From Paraspadella gotoi (taxonomy: Eukaryota > Animalia > Chaetognatha): a DNA stretch of 64,000 nucleotides. The stretch is from the NCBI GenBank assembly GCA_051294375.1, contig CM119265.1:12141866-12205865 (forward strand). Direction: 5' to 3'. Of the stretch, positions 62,011 through 64,000 are shown piece by piece. The position numbers were made by a program, and so were the translations under genes. The notes under the pieces are model-generated. The model saw only the letters and a list, made by a program, of their open reading frames with translations, had not been told where the DNA came from and did not search any database. Position 1 is the stretch's first letter, and every line of letters begins with the position of its first letter.

Positions 62011-62951
62011 TGAGAGACAGAGTCGACCATTCGGTGTCATCTATAATCTAGCCCTCATGTTCGTGCCCAGTGCGCTGCGACAGTGCCTCCTCAGCCTCGC
62101 TCGTTAAGGGGACCCCCGTCCGTAATTAAGGGGACCCCCGATCCAATATTAGGGAAGAGAGAGAGAGACGATCCTTAAATCGAGCGTTTCAAATCTTTCG
62201 TGCTAGCCACGAGTCTCGAAACTCACCCTAAACTCACCTTCAAACAATGTCTGTCCTTCAAATAAATTCCGAAAAAACTTGCCCGACCAGATTGTCAGAT
62301 ATTGTCTTAAAATCGTTTTTTTTTATTATTATTTTTTTTTTCAAAGACTTTAAACGCCTAAAAAATAAACCCCTCTTATTTTCTAACTTTCTTGACAGAT
62401 CTTGAAACGACGTTACTCCACTGAAAACCTCAACGCAATCAGCGAGACCTCGCGGAATTTCGAGATCTCCCTCCCTTAGCCATTCCGTCCTGACTGTTCC
62501 GCGCTAACTCACTCCTTTTCTTTCCTCACCTCTCGCGCACTCTCTCTCCCTGTCACACTAACCTTACCTTCTCACTCTCCATAGACGCCGCTTTCTCGCC
62601 ACGCCCACTCCGCGCGCGCGCTTCGACGCCGATTTTGTTTTCGATTCTTCCCAACAGCCGAGGGCGAAACGTAAGGCGAGAAAAACGCCGCCGTCGACGA
62701 CGCCGCCGTATTCCCCGTCGCCGGAGACGTTGCGGCACGCCCTCTTCCGCGACCACCTCGACGGGATCCTCGGTCGCGGACGATCGATTCCGGCGGCGCC
62801 CCGCCGATCCCACTTCCTCCCTCTCCACCCTATCGATCCCTCTCCTCCTTCTCCTCATTCTACTCGCCCCTCTCTCGATCCTCCGCCCCTCGTCTCTCAA
62901 CCTCCACGCCCAGCCGCTCCTCGTCCCCGTCCCCGTCTCCTCGCCGGCGCC

Positions 62952-63950
62952 ATGTCGTGGTTTCCCAAAGACATCTTCTCCATCTTCAGCGAGAACGACT
63001 TTCTCGACGACGGGACGGACCGCGCCCACCGGATCTACTTTCCGCTCTTTCTTTTAGCTTCGTGCACCGTGCTGGGGATCAAGCAGTTCGCAGGGGATCC
63101 CATAGACGTGAGGATGAGGGACAAAAAGGGGGGCGAGGGGGAATTTTAGTGGGTGGCGAAAGGGCCGAAATAATGTTCAGTTTTAACTGTGTGTGTTCAC
63201 TGTTCAGTGAAAAATCAAAAATTTACAAATCACATGGGGGTAAATAATTATCTGTCTCGACCCTAAAAATAGAATCATGATTCATATAAAATCGATTTCG
63301 CTCGATTTAATCTAAAAAAAACTATCAAAAATATTATTAACTGCTCCCTTAGTGCTACACGGACGTCTCGCAAAAGGACTACGTTGACAATTACTGTTGG
63401 ACCGCGTCAACGTATCAACTTCTGAAAACGGACTACGATGTATTTCGTCTTCCCGTCAATACCGACGTCTATTTACCGGGTAAGCTTTTTAAGAGAAGGG
63501 AGTGGCTACAAAAAGTATCATTCATGGAAAGATATAGACATTGAAATTCCACGTGTTCATTTTTCAATTTATTTTCTACTTCTTTCATTTCTTGTTTTCT
63601 TAATTGTCGCTACGTCAATTCTTATAAAAAGGATTCAAAACTTACAAGGAAGTAAAAAGCATTGACGGAAAGACTCATTTGTTGCCAGGTGAGACTTAAA
63701 AGTGATATTCAAATTCTTACTTGTACTACAAAAGCAGTTGTTTTAAAAATTCATTCATTAAATTTAAAATAAAATTCTCATTATTTATCTTTTTAATGCG
63801 TAAGTAGCGACTCTCACCGAAGGTAAGTTGATTTAAACCGACGAGAAGAGAGAACGTTTCATGTCTATTGACTGACTTTTACTAAATCGATACATCTTCT
63901 CTATTCTTTTTTTCCACGACTTTCTAAAGGCAAGGAACACTTGATTCCGG
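62952..63950 (+). CDS. Innexin C, 5' part (continues beyond window). Exons 62952-63107 and 63353-63479; probable small exons 63632-63688, 63808-63822 and 63930-63950
   Basis: 'MSWFPKDIFSIFSENDFLDDGTDRAHRIYFPLFLLASCTVLGIKQFAGDPID' splices to 'CYTDVSQKDYVDNYCWTASTYQLL'. Confidence 0.9.
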
Positions 63951-64000
63951 GTAAAATACATTCAAATGAAAATCTCAAAACGAAATTAACATTAATACAT

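Overview
AT-rich, repeat-dense DNA from an invertebrate animal, judged from innexins, spliceosomal introns and abundant (GA)n tracts. Host genes: the 3' part of a spliced FMRFamide-receptor-like GPCR (+), two apparently intronless OAS (2'-5'-oligoadenylate synthetase)-like nucleotidyltransferase paralogs (-), an intronless JIP1/2-type scaffold gene (+), a 149-aa orphan ORF, and three innexin genes (two tandem on -, one divergent on + running off the window). The intergenic space is a nested TE mosaic: a Gypsy remnant, a Penelope-like RT with at least seven minimal hammerhead-ribozyme motifs in related repeats, hAT/Tc1/Chapaev-Transib-like TIR elements, Helentron-associated (DINE-1/HINE-like) repeats, tRNA-SINEs and a miniature LTR element with tRNA-like LTRs. 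Most notable: the divergent OAS-like pair; an innexin tail carrying both LYPDI and PTAP ESCRT late-domain motifs plus a Cys-rich tip; and symmetric micro-exons in an innexin extracellular loop. All calls come from manual reading and translation, with no database searches. Exon boundaries are hand-derived.
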